From: Deltaproteobacteria bacterium
Lineage (GTDB): Bacteria > Desulfobacterota > Desulfobulbia > Desulfobulbales > Desulfobulbaceae
Assembly: GCA_024278495.1 (NCBI GenBank)
Contig: JAJRTB010000219.1
Coordinates: 3,286-27,285 of the forward strand
Reading direction: 5' to 3'
DNA length: 24,000 bases
Part shown: positions 7,333 through 17,840 of the stretch, one piece after another
Layout of the letters: each line of letters opens with the position of its first letter
How positions within the stretch are numbered: the stretch's first letter is position 1
The notes under the pieces: generated by a model
The model's input: the letters and a program-made list of their open reading frames with translations, nothing else
Databases searched by the model: none
Told to the model about the DNA's origin: nothing
Made by a program: the position numbers and the translations under genes

Positions 7333-9903
7333 ATGAACAGCCGCTGGAAAACTTTTTTTATTTGTACAGTCTCCTGGATTTTGCTTACTCAGGCATCAGG
7401 TGTTGTCGCGGCCGAACCGAAGCTGGTAAAAGATATTAATACGAAACTGCGTGGTGGTAACATTTATGAAGTGACAACAATAGGAACCGTTACCTACTTT
7501 GTCGCTGATGATATCGACCACGGCAGTGAACTCTGGAAGTATGAAGGTGGAACGGCATCTCTGGTAAAGGATATCTTTCCCGGCCCTTCAGGAAGCTCCC
7601 CCTACTCTCTGACCGCGGTAAACGACACGCTCTACTTCCTGGCTGATGACGGGACCAGCGGTTATGAACTCTGGATGAGTGACGGCACGGCGGCAGGAAC
7701 CGCTCTGGTGAAAGACATCTGGCCAGGCAGCACGACCAGCAACCCAGGCAGCCTGACCGCGGTGGGCGCCACGCTCTACTTCACGGCAAATGACGGAACC
7801 AGCGGTTATGAACTCTGGATGAGTGACGGCACGGCGGCAGGAACCGCTCTGGTGAAAAACATTTCGCCCGGCAGCGGCAACAGCGCCCCAAGCTACCTGA
7901 CCGCGGTGGGCGCCACGGTCTACTTCACGGCAAATGACGGGAACAGCGGCACGGAGCTCTGGAAAAGCGACGGCACGGCGGCAGGAACCGTTCTGGTGAA
8001 AGACATCCGGACCGGCAACAGCAGTACCCCACGCTACCTGACCGCGGTGGGCGACACGCTCTACTTCACAGCAAATGACGGGAACAGCGGCATTGAACTC
8101 TGGAAAAGCGACGGCACGGCGGCAGGAACCGTTCTGGTGAAAGACATCCGGACCGGCAGCACCAACACCCGTCCAACCTCACTGACCGCGGTGGGCTCCA
8201 CGCTCTACTTCAGGGCTGATGACGGGAACAGCGGCGCTGAACTCTGGAAGAGTGACGGCACGGCGGCAGGAACCGTTCTGGTGAAAGACATCTGGACCGG
8301 TCCCAGCGGCAGCTCCCCGGCCTCCCTGACCGCGGTGGGCAACACGCTCTACTTCACGGCATATGACGGAACCAGCGGCGTTGAGCTCTGGATGAGTGAC
8401 GGCACTGCGACAGGAACCGTCAGGGTGAAAGACATATGGCCCGGCAACAGCAGCAGCTCACCACGCTACCTGACCGCGGTGGGCAACACGCTCTACTTCA
8501 CGGCTGATGACGGGACCAGCGGCCGTGAACTCTGGATGAGTGACGGCACTGCGGCAGGAACCGTCAGGGTGAAAGACATATGGCCCGGTCTCAGCGGCAG
8601 CTCCCCTAGCTCTCTGGCCGCAGCAGGCGCCACGCTCTACTTCACGGCCTACAACACCACTACCGGCTCTCAACTCTGGAAAAGTGATGGTAGTGTGGAC
8701 ACGGTCAGACTGACAGACATTTATTACGGAACAGCATCAGGCGCCCAGTCTTTAGGCGTAATTATCAACGGTATCGTCTATTTCACGGCTGATGACGGGA
8801 CCAGCGGCCGTGAACTCTGGAAGAGTGACGGCACTGCGGCAGGAACCGTTCTGCTGAAAGACATCCGGCCCGGCAATGACAGCAGCTCCCCATACTCTCT
8901 GACCGCAGTGGGCGACACACTCTACTTCAGGGCCAATGACGGCACCAACGGTTATGAACTCTGGAAGAGTGACGGCACTGCAGCAGGAACCGTTCTGGTG
9001 AAAGATATCCAGCCCGGTCCTGGCGACAGCTCCCCATACTCTCTGACCGCAATAGGCGCCACGCTCTACTTCAGGGCCAATGACGGAACCAGCGGCGCTG
9101 AGCTCTGGATGAGTGACGGCACTGCGGCAGGAACCGTTCTGGTGAAAGACATATGGCCCGGTCCTGGCGGCAGCTCCCCGGGCTACCTGCCCGCAATGGG
9201 GGCCACACTCTACTTCACGGCCAATGACGGAACCAGTGGTACTGAGCTCTGGATGACTGACGGCACTGCGGCAGGAACCGTTCTGGTGAAAGACATATGG
9301 CCAGGTCCTGGCTTCAGCTTCCCACGCTACCTGACCGCAATGGGCGCCACGCTCTACTTCAGAGCCAATGACGGCACCAACGGCGCTGAGCTCTGGATGA
9401 CGGACGGCACTGCGGAAGGAACCGCTCTGGTGAAAGACATCCGGACCGGTCTCAAGGACAGCTCCCCAAGCTACCTGACCGCGGTGGGCGCCACGCTCTA
9501 CTTCACGGCTGATGACGGAACCAGCGGTTATGAACTCTGGAAAAGCGACGGCACTGCGGAAGGAACCGTTCTGGTGAAAGACATCCGGACCGGCAGCGGC
9601 AACAGCTCCCCAGGCAAACTGACCGCGGTGGGCGATACGCTCTACTTCAGGGCCAATGACGGCACCAACGGCACTGAGCTCTGGATGAGCGACGGCACTG
9701 GAGCAGGAACCGCTCTGGTAAAAGACATCTATCCGGGCAATGAAAGCAGTTGGCCCAGTGATCTTGTTTATGATGATGATAATGAAACGCTCTATTTCAC
9801 TGCTGTCGATTCCGTATATGACAGAGAATTGTGGGCCTGCCAGGTTGGCGCTTTTCCCTGGACCATGTTTGTGCCGGCAATAACCGGCATGGGCAGCAGA
9901 TAA
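7333..9903 (+). CDS. Secreted ELWxxDGT-repeat protein, about 17 units of 48 aa, probable beta-propeller-type repeat protein
   Basis: AGGAGG lies 5 nt upstream of the ATG. There is an N-terminal signal peptide (MNSRWKTFFICTVSWILLTQASGVVAA/EP). Seventeen units follow the pattern LVKDI.PG..SSP..LTAVG.TLYF.A.DGTSG.ELW.SDGTAAGT, which matches the family name ELWxxDGT repeat as I recall it. Confidence 0.9.
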   Translation: MNSRWKTFFICTVSWILLTQASGVVAAEPKLVKDINTKLRGGNIYEVTTIGTVTYFVADDIDHGSELWKYEGGTASLVKDIFPGPSGSSPYSLTAVNDTLYFLADDGTSGYELWMSDGTAAGTALVKDIWPGSTTSNPGSLTAVGATLYFTANDGTSGYELWMSDGTAAGTALVKNISPGSGNSAPSYLTAVGATVYFTANDGNSGTELWKSDGTAAGTVLVKDIRTGNSSTPRYLTAVGDTLYFTANDGNSGIELWKSDGTAAGTVLVKDIRTGSTNTRPTSLTAVGSTLYFRADDGNSGAELWKSDGTAAGTVLVKDIWTGPSGSSPASLTAVGNTLYFTAYDGTSGVELWMSDGTATGTVRVKDIWPGNSSSSPRYLTAVGNTLYFTADDGTSGRELWMSDGTAAGTVRVKDIWPGLSGSSPSSLAAAGATLYFTAYNTTTGSQLWKSDGSVDTVRLTDIYYGTASGAQSLGVIINGIVYFTADDGTSGRELWKSDGTAAGTVLLKDIRPGNDSSSPYSLTAVGDTLYFRANDGTNGYELWKSDGTAAGTVLVKDIQPGPGDSSPYSLTAIGATLYFRANDGTSGAELWMSDGTAAGTVLVKDIWPGPGGSSPGYLPAMGATLYFTANDGTSGTELWMTDGTAAGTVLVKDIWPGPGFSFPRYLTAMGATLYFRANDGTNGAELWMTDGTAEGTALVKDIRTGLKDSSPSYLTAVGATLYFTADDGTSGYELWKSDGTAEGTVLVKDIRTGSGNSSPGKLTAVGDTLYFRANDGTNGTELWMSDGTGAGTALVKDIYPGNESSWPSDLVYDDDNETLYFTAVDSVYDRELWACQVGAFPWTMFVPAITGMGSR
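7420..9840 (+). repeat. Intragenic tandem array, 144-bp period, about 17 copies
   Basis: As an example, 7657-7713 and 7801-7857 (57 nt, agcggttatgaactctggatgagtgacggcacggcggcaggaaccgctctggtgaaa) are identical at an offset of exactly 144 nt. The unit at about 8660-8790 is clearly diverged. Confidence 0.9.
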
Positions 9904-10211
9904 TCTTTTCCCCGGGCATGGAACGAAAGAGGGGTCAAATCTTTATCCTTGACAGGCGGAATATCTACGGCCGGGAATTTCCAGGGCGAACGGCGTTCGT
10001 CACCACTTTTTTCTGTTTCCCTGCAACCTGGGCCAGATTTCTTCCGTGCCTTGCGGCTGGCCGGATGTTTCAAGGTTCCCGGAGAACGGATGCCGCCGCC
10101 GGTGACACAGTCCGCATTCTTCAACAACCGGGCACCTCGCCATCATTATTCCATTATTGAATTTCATGTGCTACTATGGGAGTCACCTATCATCCCGGAG
10201 AATTCAATTCA

Positions 10212-10757
10212 ATGCCTGGACAAGCAAGCGGTACCGGTCAAGTCCCCCGTGATCTGACCGTTGTTGGTGATTTTGTAAAATACTTTGTCATCCTCTATAT
10301 TCCCTTTGTCATCATTGGGATAATTATAGGTTTGATCTTCAAGTCATTTTTCACAGCCGCTCTTGTCAACCCCATTATTTACGCGGGCGGCATCGCCGTC
10401 ATCATCATTGTCATCAAGCACGACGTCAACGACATCCTCGCTCTTGCAGGCCGGGCAAAGGATCAGCAGCTTGCCCTGCATATCAGATACGGTCAAGCCC
10501 TTCAAAAAACAAGTATCCTGATGGCTGCCGGTAAGTATGACGAGGCCCTGAGGTCCGTCAATGCCGTGTTGAAAAAAGAACCGGAATATGCCAATGCCCT
10601 GAATCTCAAGGGCCAGATCCAGCTGGAAGGCTTCGGCAGGTATGCGGCGGCCCGCTCCTGTTTTGAAAAGGTCATGGATCTGGCCGAACCGGAATCGGAA
10701 GATTACCGGCTGGCCGAATCTCTGGCAATGGCGGCATACAAGGCAGAAGAAAGATGA
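10212..10757 (+). CDS. Small membrane protein with two TM helices and a C-terminal TPR-like region
   Basis: Two hydrophobic helices are present (FVILYIPFVIIGIIIGLIF and IIYAGGIAVIIIVI), followed by TPR-like text (KYDEALRSVNAVLKKEPEYANALNLKGQIQLE). ATG 10212 has GGAG upstream. The ORF-track ATG at 10176 overlaps a possible -10 box, so the start is uncertain. Confidence 0.6.
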   Translation: MPGQASGTGQVPRDLTVVGDFVKYFVILYIPFVIIGIIIGLIFKSFFTAALVNPIIYAGGIAVIIIVIKHDVNDILALAGRAKDQQLALHIRYGQALQKTSILMAAGKYDEALRSVNAVLKKEPEYANALNLKGQIQLEGFGRYAAARSCFEKVMDLAEPESEDYRLAESLAMAAYKAEER

Positions 10758-10815
10758 AGTACGGCCGTCGCCGGAAAAAAACACAGCGGTACCAACCACC
10801 AACAAGGTGCGCCCG

Positions 10816-11838
10816 ATGAACAAACAGCCGCAACTCCCGTCCCGGCCGGACCGCCGGCGGTTCCTGCAGATGATCGGCATTGCCGGCGGTGTCGGCGTAC
10901 TCTGGCACCTCGGTCTCGGGTCGGCCGACCCGAGAATACACACCGTCCGCCAAAGCAGGGTCCTGATGGGTACCCAGATCAACCTGATCGTCTTTGGGCC
11001 GGATCCGGTGGAATGCGATCAAGCCGTGCAGGCCACCTTTGCCCGGATGGATGAGCTGACGACCAGGCTGAGCAGACACAACCAGACAAGCGAGCTGGCC
11101 AGGCTCAACACCCGGGGCAGGCTTGTCAGGCCGGGCCGGGATCTCTGCCGGGTACTGGAGCTGGCCGAGCGGATCAGCCGTCTCTCGGAAGGCGCCTTTG
11201 ACGTCACCATCCTGCCCCTGCAGGAACTCTATGCCCGGGCCGCGGCCCGGAACACCCTGCCGGACAGGGACCGGATCGCCGCAACTCTGCGCCTGGTTGA
11301 TCATACCATGATCCACTTCGACGAGACCGCTGTAACGCTGGCGAAAAAGGGCATGGCCATCACCCTGGACGGCATTGCCAAGGGATATATTGTTGACCAG
11401 GGGATCGCCGCTCTGCGTCAACGAAACTTTCCCAATGTCTACGTTGAGGCCGGCGGCGATCTGCGGGTCGCCGGCGTCAAGCCCGGCAACAGGCCGTGGC
11501 GTATAGGCATCCGCAATCCCCGGCCGGACAAAGCCAATGAACTGGTCACGATTGCCATGGCCGACCGGGCCGTGGCCACCTCGGGTGACTACATGCAGCC
11601 CTTCAGCGCTGATCTGCGCAACCACCATATCATCGATCCCCGCACCGGTCATTCACCGCCCGAGCTGGCCAGCGCCACGGTCACGGCACCCACCGTCGCC
11701 CTGGCCGACGGTCTGGCGACCGCTGCCATGGTGCTGGGACCGCGCCGGGCCATTGCCATGCTGGAGGCCCTGCCCGACTGTGAAGGGTTCTTTATCGGCA
11801 AGGACCTGCGCCGCTACCAAACCCGTGGCTTCAGCTGA
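10816..11838 (+). CDS. apbE: FAD:protein FMN transferase (ApbE/Ftp family) with a Tat-type signal
   Basis: The start was re-set to ATG 10816 (MNKQPQLPSRPDRRRFLQMIGIAGGVG, a twin-arginine signal). ApbE hallmarks are present: GIAKGY, VEAGGD, ATSGDY and HHIIDPRTG. It lies directly upstream of nqrA. Confidence 0.9.
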   Translation: MNKQPQLPSRPDRRRFLQMIGIAGGVGVLWHLGLGSADPRIHTVRQSRVLMGTQINLIVFGPDPVECDQAVQATFARMDELTTRLSRHNQTSELARLNTRGRLVRPGRDLCRVLELAERISRLSEGAFDVTILPLQELYARAAARNTLPDRDRIAATLRLVDHTMIHFDETAVTLAKKGMAITLDGIAKGYIVDQGIAALRQRNFPNVYVEAGGDLRVAGVKPGNRPWRIGIRNPRPDKANELVTIAMADRAVATSGDYMQPFSADLRNHHIIDPRTGHSPPELASATVTAPTVALADGLATAAMVLGPRRAIAMLEALPDCEGFFIGKDLRRYQTRGFS

Positions 11839-11839
11839 T

Positions 11840-13195
11840 ATGCAGTGTCTTCGCCTTTCCAGGGGACTGGATATCCCCCTTGCCGGGGAACCCGACCAGG
11901 TCGTTAAGCCCGGCCCGGCCATCCGGCACGTCGCTCTGATCGGCGACGACTATCCTGGCCTGAAACCCACCCTGCTGGTCCGTGTGGGTGAAACGGTCCG
12001 GCTGGGCCAGCCCCTGTTCACGGACAAAAAGAACCCCACCGTTTTTTTTACGGCCCCGGCCGGCGGCACCGTCAAGGAGATCAACCGGGGCGCGAAAAGG
12101 AAATTTGAATCCCTGGTCATTGCCCTGGAGGAGCATGAACCCGTTACCTTCCCCGTCCCGGCCGACCGGAACGTTGCCGGGCTGCCGCCGGAGGAGATCA
12201 AAAAAAACCTGCAGGAATCGGGCCTCTGGTGCGGATTCCGCACCAGGCCGTTCGGCCGGATCCCGGCGGCGGCCGACCTGCCGGCATCGCTCTTTATCAC
12301 GGCCGTCGACACCCGGCCCCTGGCTGGTGATCCCCAAATCATCCTTGCCCGCCGGCGGGACGATTTCAACCTGGGCCTGCGGGTCCTGCGCCGTTTCCCG
12401 GCCGTTCCGCTCTATTTCTGCACCTCGGACGACTTTGACCCGGAAGGTTTTGAACTCGATGGCGTGCACCACGTCGGTTTCCGCGGCCCGCATCCGGCCG
12501 GACTGCCGTCCACCCACATCCATTTCCTTGACCCGGTCCATGCCGGCAAGCAGGTCTGGCACATCTGCTGCCAGGATGTTATCGGAATCGGCCATCTGTT
12601 CCGGACCGGTCAACTGCCGACCGAAAAAACCATTGCCCTGGCCGGACCGGGCATCAGCAACCCCGCCCTGGTCCGGACCCGGATCGGCGCCGACCTGACC
12701 GAACTCTGCGCTGAACGGCTGACCGGGGCCCCTTCCCGGCGAATCCTGTCCGGCTCCGTGCTGGACGGGCGACGGGCCGCCGGACCGCTCGCCTACCTGG
12801 GCCGCTATCACAACCAGGTCAGCGTGATCCCGGAAGGCACCAGCCGTGGTTTCCTGAACTGGCTGCGGCCCGGCCGGGACCGCTTTTCCGTCACCGGTCT
12901 TTTCCTCTCCTCCCTGCTGCCGCAAACCGGGAAATTCGTTATGTCCAGCGCAACCTGGGGCGGGCAGCGGGCAATTTTCCCGCTCGGCACCTATGAGAAG
13001 GTGATGCCCCTTGATATCATTGCCACCCCCCTGCTGAAAAGCCTGGCGGTACAGGACATTGAAAAGGCGGAACTGCTGGGCTGCCTGGAGCTGATAGAAG
13101 AAGATCTTGCTCTGTGCTCCTTTGTCTGCCCCGGCAAAAACAACTACGGCCCCATGCTGCGCGAGATCCTGACAACGATTGAACGAGAAGGCTGA
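11840..13195 (+). CDS. nqrA: Na+-translocating NADH:quinone oxidoreductase subunit A
   Basis: The start was re-set to ATG 11840, 1 nt after the apbE stop. The N-terminus ([18 protein letters not shown]) and the C-terminal [22 protein letters not shown] are typical of NqrA. The protein is about 451 aa and has no RnfC-type Fe-S motifs. Confidence 0.9.
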   Translation: MQCLRLSRGLDIPLAGEPDQVVKPGPAIRHVALIGDDYPGLKPTLLVRVGETVRLGQPLFTDKKNPTVFFTAPAGGTVKEINRGAKRKFESLVIALEEHEPVTFPVPADRNVAGLPPEEIKKNLQESGLWCGFRTRPFGRIPAAADLPASLFITAVDTRPLAGDPQIILARRRDDFNLGLRVLRRFPAVPLYFCTSDDFDPEGFELDGVHHVGFRGPHPAGLPSTHIHFLDPVHAGKQVWHICCQDVIGIGHLFRTGQLPTEKTIALAGPGISNPALVRTRIGADLTELCAERLTGAPSRRILSGSVLDGRRAAGPLAYLGRYHNQVSVIPEGTSRGFLNWLRPGRDRFSVTGLFLSSLLPQTGKFVMSSATWGGQRAIFPLGTYEKVMPLDIIATPLLKSLAVQDIEKAELLGCLELIEEDLALCSFVCPGKNNYGPMLREILTTIEREG

Positions 13196-13209
13196 AGCCG
13201 ACGGACCCC

Positions 13210-14418
13210 ATGCGATTTCTCCACGGATTGTTCAAGAAAACAGAACCTCTCTTCACCGGAGACGGCCTGCTGGCCCGCTGGTACCCCCTGTTCGAGGCAG
13301 CGGATTCTTTTCTCTTTGACAGCGGCCGGACAACCGGGACGGCCCCGCATGTCCGCGACGCGGTCAACATGAAGCGCATCATGATCACGGTGGTCATTGC
13401 CCTGCTCCCCTGCATTGGCATGGCTGTCTGGAATACCGGCTACCAGGCCAACCTGGCCCTCCGGGCCCTGGGCGCCTCAGTGCCGGCCGGCTGGCGGGGC
13501 GCAATCATGGCGCCCATAGGCTGCGATCCGGCCAGCCTGTGGGCCAACCTGGTCCACGGCAGTCTCTATTTTCTGCCCATTTACCTGGTGACCATGCTGG
13601 TCGGAGGATTCTGGGAATGTCTGTTCAGCATTGGGCGCCGGCATGAAATTTCTGAAGCATTTCTGGTGACCGGCCTCCTCTTTCCCCTCACCCTGCCGCC
13701 CGGCGTGCCGCTCTGGCAGGTCGCGGTGGGCATCAGTTTCGGAGTCGTCTTTGCCAAGGAGGTGTTCGGCGGAGTCGGCCGCAACTTCATGAATCCGGCC
13801 CTGGTCGCCCGGGCCTTTCTCTACTTTGCCTACCCGGCCCGGATGAGCGGCGACCTGGTGTGGACGGCCGTGGACGGTTTTACCCGGGCCACGCCCCTGG
13901 CCGTCATATCCGCCGCCCGACCGGACAAAGTCATGGACGCGCTTTCCATCACCTGGAGCCAGGCCTTTCTGGGTACCATTCCCGGTTCCATGGGCGAGAC
14001 CTCTGCCCTGGCCTGCCTCCTGGGCGCGGCGATTCTGCTCGGTACCAGCATTGCTTCCTGGCGGATCATGGCCTCCATGCTGTTTGGCGGTTTTGGCGCC
14101 GCCCTGCTCTTTTTCCTGAGCACCAGTCCCACCAACCCCATGTTCGCCGTGCCGCCGCACTGGCACCTGGTCCTCGGCGGTTTTGCCTTCGGCCTGGTCT
14201 TCATGGCAACCGATCCGGTCACGGCGGCCGCCACCCGGGTCGGCCAGTGGCTGTACGGCCTGTTCATCGGCGCCCTGGCCATCATCATCAGGGTGCTCAA
14301 CCCCGCCTTCCCCGAGGGGGTGATGCTGGCGATCCTGCTGGGCAACGTGGTGGCGCCGTTTATCGACTACTTTGTCATCCAGGCAAACATCAAACGAAGG
14401 ATGGTGCGTCATGGCTGA
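13210..14418 (+). CDS. nqrB: Na+-NQR subunit B
   Basis: This is a polytopic membrane protein of the NqrB/RnfD type ([13 protein letters not shown]..., [22 protein letters not shown]). A candidate FMN-attachment site is DGFTRAT. Confidence 0.92.
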   Translation: MRFLHGLFKKTEPLFTGDGLLARWYPLFEAADSFLFDSGRTTGTAPHVRDAVNMKRIMITVVIALLPCIGMAVWNTGYQANLALRALGASVPAGWRGAIMAPIGCDPASLWANLVHGSLYFLPIYLVTMLVGGFWECLFSIGRRHEISEAFLVTGLLFPLTLPPGVPLWQVAVGISFGVVFAKEVFGGVGRNFMNPALVARAFLYFAYPARMSGDLVWTAVDGFTRATPLAVISAARPDKVMDALSITWSQAFLGTIPGSMGETSALACLLGAAILLGTSIASWRIMASMLFGGFGAALLFFLSTSPTNPMFAVPPHWHLVLGGFAFGLVFMATDPVTAAATRVGQWLYGLFIGALAIIIRVLNPAFPEGVMLAILLGNVVAPFIDYFVIQANIKRRMVRHG

Positions 14419-15193
14419 ACATTCCGCCGCCAAACCGTTTTATTCCGTCCTGGTGCTGGCCTTTGTCTGTTCGGCCCTGGTCTCCGGCGCGGCAGTGGGA
14501 CTGCGCCCCTATCAGGAGGCCAACCGCCGGGCCGACCAGAAGAAAAACATCCTGCGGGCCGCGGGACTCTATCGGCCCGACACACCGGTCGAAGCTCTTT
14601 TCGCCGATATCGAGACCAGAATTATCGACCTGCAAACCGGCGCCTGGCTGACCCGGGGACCTGACCCGGAGACCTATGATCAGCTCCAGGCCGCCCTCAG
14701 CAACGACCAGGGCCGTCCGCTTGCCAAACAAGACGATATTGCCGGTCTGCGACGCCTGGAAAAATACGCCCTGGTCTACCTGGTGCGCCGGGGCAACAAA
14801 ACCGGGCAGATCATCCTGCCGGTCCGGGGCAAGGGCTTATGGTCAACCATGTACGGCTACGTTGCCCTTGACGCCGACCTGCGGACAATCCGTGGCATCA
14901 GCTTTTACGAACACGGGGAAACGCCGGGCCTGGGCGGCGAAATAGAGAACCCCAGGTGGCAGGCCGCCTGGCAGGGCAAAAAGATGTACTCGCCGACCGG
15001 CACTGTTTCGCTCCGGATCGTCAAAGGCAAGGCTGCCGCAACCGGGGATGCGGCCATGTACCAGGTGGACGGTCTGTCCGGGGCCACAATGACGGCCCGG
15101 GGCGTTGAAAACCTCATGCGTTTCTGGTTCGGCGAGCACGGCTTCAAGCCCTTCTTTGACCGTCGGCGCCAACAGGGAGGAATCGATGGCTGA
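14411..15193 (+). CDS. nqrC: Na+-NQR subunit C
   Basis: The start was re-set to ATG 14411 ([19 protein letters not shown], one TM helix). The FMN-binding motif is [10 protein letters not shown]. It overlaps the nqrB stop in ATGGCTGA. Confidence 0.9.
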   Translation: MAEHSAAKPFYSVLVLAFVCSALVSGAAVGLRPYQEANRRADQKKNILRAAGLYRPDTPVEALFADIETRIIDLQTGAWLTRGPDPETYDQLQAALSNDQGRPLAKQDDIAGLRRLEKYALVYLVRRGNKTGQIILPVRGKGLWSTMYGYVALDADLRTIRGISFYEHGETPGLGGEIENPRWQAAWQGKKMYSPTGTVSLRIVKGKAAATGDAAMYQVDGLSGATMTARGVENLMRFWFGEHGFKPFFDRRRQQGGIDG

Positions 15194-15809
15194 ATCCAAC
15201 CGCGACCTGCTGACCCGCTCCATTCTTCAGCGCAATCCCATCGCCCTGCTGGTGCTGGGCATCTGCTCGGCCCTGGCCGTCACCTCGCAGATGACCACCG
15301 CCCTGGTGATGGCGATCTGCGTTACCCTGGTAACGGCCCTGTCCGGCTTTACCATCAGCGTGGTCCGTTTTCAGATTCCCAACAGCGTCCGGGTCGGCAT
15401 CCAGATAACGGTCATCGCCACCCTGGTCATTCTGATCGACCAGTTCCTGCGCGCCTTCTATTTTGACCTGTCCAGGCAACTCTCCATCTATGTCGGCCTG
15501 ATCATAACCAACTGCATCATCATGGGACGGGCCGAAGGGTTTGCCATGAGCAACCCGCCCATCCCCAGTTTCATCGACGGTATAGGCAACGGTCTCGGAT
15601 ACGGCCTGGTGCTGCTGTTTGTCGCCTTTTTTCGTGAGCTGCTGGGATCCGGCACCCTGTTCGGCGTCGAGATCCTGCCGCTTGCCACCGAGGGCGGCTG
15701 GTACCCGCGCAACGGCATCTTTATCCTTCCGGTCAGCGCCTTTTTCCTGATTGCCCTGCTTATCTGGCTGCTGCGCACGCTGGATCCGGCCCAACAGGAG
15801 AAAGAATGA
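15186..15809 (+). CDS. nqrD: Na+-NQR subunit D
   Basis: The start was re-set to ATG 15186 (MAESNRDLL...), with the same ATGGCTGA overlap onto nqrC. It is NqrD/RnfE-like, with the two conserved Cys contexts ([10 protein letters not shown] and [11 protein letters not shown]). Confidence 0.92.
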   Translation: MAESNRDLLTRSILQRNPIALLVLGICSALAVTSQMTTALVMAICVTLVTALSGFTISVVRFQIPNSVRVGIQITVIATLVILIDQFLRAFYFDLSRQLSIYVGLIITNCIIMGRAEGFAMSNPPIPSFIDGIGNGLGYGLVLLFVAFFRELLGSGTLFGVEILPLATEGGWYPRNGIFILPVSAFFLIALLIWLLRTLDPAQQEKE

Positions 15810-15861
15810 TGAACGCCCCACCCCTGACCGCAGCCCGGCAACGCAACGAACGGTGATACCT

Positions 15862-16464
15862 ATGGGTCATTATCTGGATATTATCTACCGGTCGATTTTC
15901 CTTGAAAACCTGCCCCTGAGCTTCTTTCTGGGCATGTGTACCTTCCTGGCCATTTCCAGAAAGGTCAAAACCGCCATCGGTCTCGGCCTGGCCGTTCTTG
16001 TCCTCATGATCATTACCGTGCCCATCAACAACCTGATCCTCAACATCCTGCTCAAGCCCGGAGCCCTGGCCTGGGCCGGTCAACACGAGCTGGACCTGAC
16101 CTTTCTCGGCCTGCTGACCTATATCGGCGTCATTGCCGCCGTGGTGCAGGTCCTGGAGATGTTCCTGGACCGGTTTTCGCCTGCCCTGTACAATACCCTG
16201 GGCATCTTTCTGCCCCTGCTCACGGTGAACTGCGCCATTTTTGGCGCCACCCTGTTCATGGTGGAGCGCGATTATACCTTTGCGGAAAGCGTCGCCTACG
16301 GTTTCGGAGCCGGAGCCGGTTTTTTCCTGGCCGTTGTTCTGCTGGCCGGAATCCGTGAGAAACTTGAATACGCCGATCCCCCCGCGGGCCTGCGGGGCCT
16401 GGGCTTGACGTTTATAAGCGCCGGTCTGATAGCCCTGGCCTTCATGGGGCTGGCCGGGCTGTAA
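15862..16464 (+). CDS. nqrE: Na+-NQR subunit E
   Basis: The start was re-set to ATG 15862 ([30 protein letters not shown]). It is NqrE/RnfA-like, with conserved Cys in GMCTFLA and TVNCAIFGA. Confidence 0.92.
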   Translation: MGHYLDIIYRSIFLENLPLSFFLGMCTFLAISRKVKTAIGLGLAVLVLMIITVPINNLILNILLKPGALAWAGQHELDLTFLGLLTYIGVIAAVVQVLEMFLDRFSPALYNTLGIFLPLLTVNCAIFGATLFMVERDYTFAESVAYGFGAGAGFFLAVVLLAGIREKLEYADPPAGLRGLGLTFISAGLIALAFMGLAGL

Positions 16465-16539
16465 CCGTCGGGAACAGACGGACTGCCGCGCACCGAAAAC
16501 AGAATGATGACCACCGGTCCGGACACTCGATAAACAGAT

Positions 16540-17763
16540 ATGAATGAAATCATTTTCGGCATTCTCTGCTATCTCATCCTCCAGCTGATCCTGGTCAGCC
16601 TGATCGTGCTGGCCCGGAAATCCCTGGTGCCCGGCGGTAGCATCTCCATCCTCATCAACGGGGACAGGGAACTGACCGTCTCACCCGGCGGCAAACTGCT
16701 CACCTCCCTGGCTGAACAGGAAATCTACCTCTCCTCGGCCTGCGGCGGCGGGGGCACCTGCGGCCAATGCAGGGTCGTGGTTGAGGAAGGCGGCGGAGCC
16801 ATCCTGCCCACCGAACGATCGCTGATCAATATCTTTGAGGCCCGGGCCGGGGTACGGTTGGCCTGCCAGGTCCCGGTCAGGCACGACCTCAAAATCCGGA
16901 TCCCGCCGGAGATGCTCGAAACCCGGAAATGGCAATGCCGGGTCCGCTCCAACAACAACGTGGCCACCTTTATCAAGGAACTCGTGCTGGAACTGCCGCC
17001 CGGCGAAGAGCTCAATTTCAGGCCGGGCGGATTTATCCAGATCGAGGTGCCGCCCCACGCGCTTTCCTACGCCAGTTTTGATATAGATGAGCGGTTCCTG
17101 GCCGACTGGAAAAAATTCAAGATGTTCCAGTACACATCCCACGTCCACACCCCAGTTACCAGGGCCTACTCCATGGCCAACTACCCGGGCGAGAAGGGCA
17201 TCATCAAGCTCAACGTCAGGATTGCCAGTCCGCCGCCCCGGGGACCGGCAGGCATTCCGCCCGGCAAGGTCTCTTCCTACATCTTCAATCTCAAGCCTGG
17301 CGACACAGTGACCATTTCCGGACCGTTTGGTGATTTTTTCATCGAAGACAGCAATTCGGAAATGCTCTACATCGGCGGCGGAGCCGGCATGGCGCCCCTG
17401 CGCAGTCACATCTTCGAGCTCTTCAAGGGCCGCAGGACAAAACGAAAGGTATCCTTCTGGTACGGCGCCCGCAGCCTCCGGGAAATTTTTTACGCCGGGG
17501 AGTTTGAGGAACTGGCCCGGAACCATGAAAATTTTTCATTTCATGTTGCCCTGTCCGAACCCCAACCCGAGGACGACTGGCAGGGACTGACCGGCTTCAT
17601 CCACCAGGTTCTCTTTGACAACTATCTGCGGGATCATCCGGCTCCGGAAGACATCAACTACTACATGTGCGGTCCGCCCATGATGACCAGGGCGGTGCTG
17701 GACATGCTTGATACCCTCGGGGTAGAGCCTGAAAACATCCACTTTGACGATTTCGGCGGCTGA
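16540..17763 (+). CDS. nqrF: Na+-NQR subunit F (2Fe-2S ferredoxin plus FAD/NADH-binding reductase)
   Basis: It has an N-terminal TM helix, plant-type 2Fe-2S cysteines ([15 protein letters not shown] ... LACQV) and an FNR-like module ([31 protein letters not shown]). Confidence 0.93.
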   Translation: MNEIIFGILCYLILQLILVSLIVLARKSLVPGGSISILINGDRELTVSPGGKLLTSLAEQEIYLSSACGGGGTCGQCRVVVEEGGGAILPTERSLINIFEARAGVRLACQVPVRHDLKIRIPPEMLETRKWQCRVRSNNNVATFIKELVLELPPGEELNFRPGGFIQIEVPPHALSYASFDIDERFLADWKKFKMFQYTSHVHTPVTRAYSMANYPGEKGIIKLNVRIASPPPRGPAGIPPGKVSSYIFNLKPGDTVTISGPFGDFFIEDSNSEMLYIGGGAGMAPLRSHIFELFKGRRTKRKVSFWYGARSLREIFYAGEFEELARNHENFSFHVALSEPQPEDDWQGLTGFIHQVLFDNYLRDHPAPEDINYYMCGPPMMTRAVLDMLDTLGVEPENIHFDDFGG

Positions 17764-17767
17764 CGCC

Positions 17768-17797
17768 CTGTTCCGGGGAATCCCTGCGCCGGAACAG
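17768..17797 (+). other. Perfect 9-bp stem with a 12-nt loop, immediately after the nqrF stop
   Basis: ctgttccgg (17768-17776) pairs with ccggaacag (17789-17797). No T-tract follows, so this is not a canonical intrinsic terminator. It may be an mRNA stabiliser or processing hairpin. Confidence 0.4.
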
Positions 17798-17840
17798 ATC
17801 CGCCCGCGTCCACAGGTCCCACCCAGACCCAGGAGACAAA

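Noticed and set aside
7420-9840. A regularly spaced repeat array, considered as a possible CRISPR or non-coding satellite.
   Set aside because: The 144-bp period is an exact multiple of 3 inside one continuous ORF with a signal peptide. There is no repeat-and-unique-spacer structure. These are coding repeats.
9904-10175. ORFs of 102-111 aa in the gap after the repeat-protein gene (9831-10160 +, 9949-10257 +, 9792-10127 -), and a small hairpin followed by a T-run at 9985-10012.
   Set aside because: The ORFs have no RBS, mutually overlap and have implausible composition. The hairpin is short (5-7 bp with a triloop) and its T-run is displaced, so calling it a terminator would be weak.
10672-14433. 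Long antisense or alternative-frame ORFs, for example 10672-11652(-), 11831-12925(-), 13477-14433(-), 13860-14651(+) and 11982-12698(+). Similar ORFs occur elsewhere: 77-745(-), 15144-15821(-), 18844-19860(-).
   Set aside because: They overlap genes with unmistakable homology. Their products are Arg/Gly/Pro/Ala-rich and low in complexity, as expected for open frames arising by chance in GC-rich DNA.
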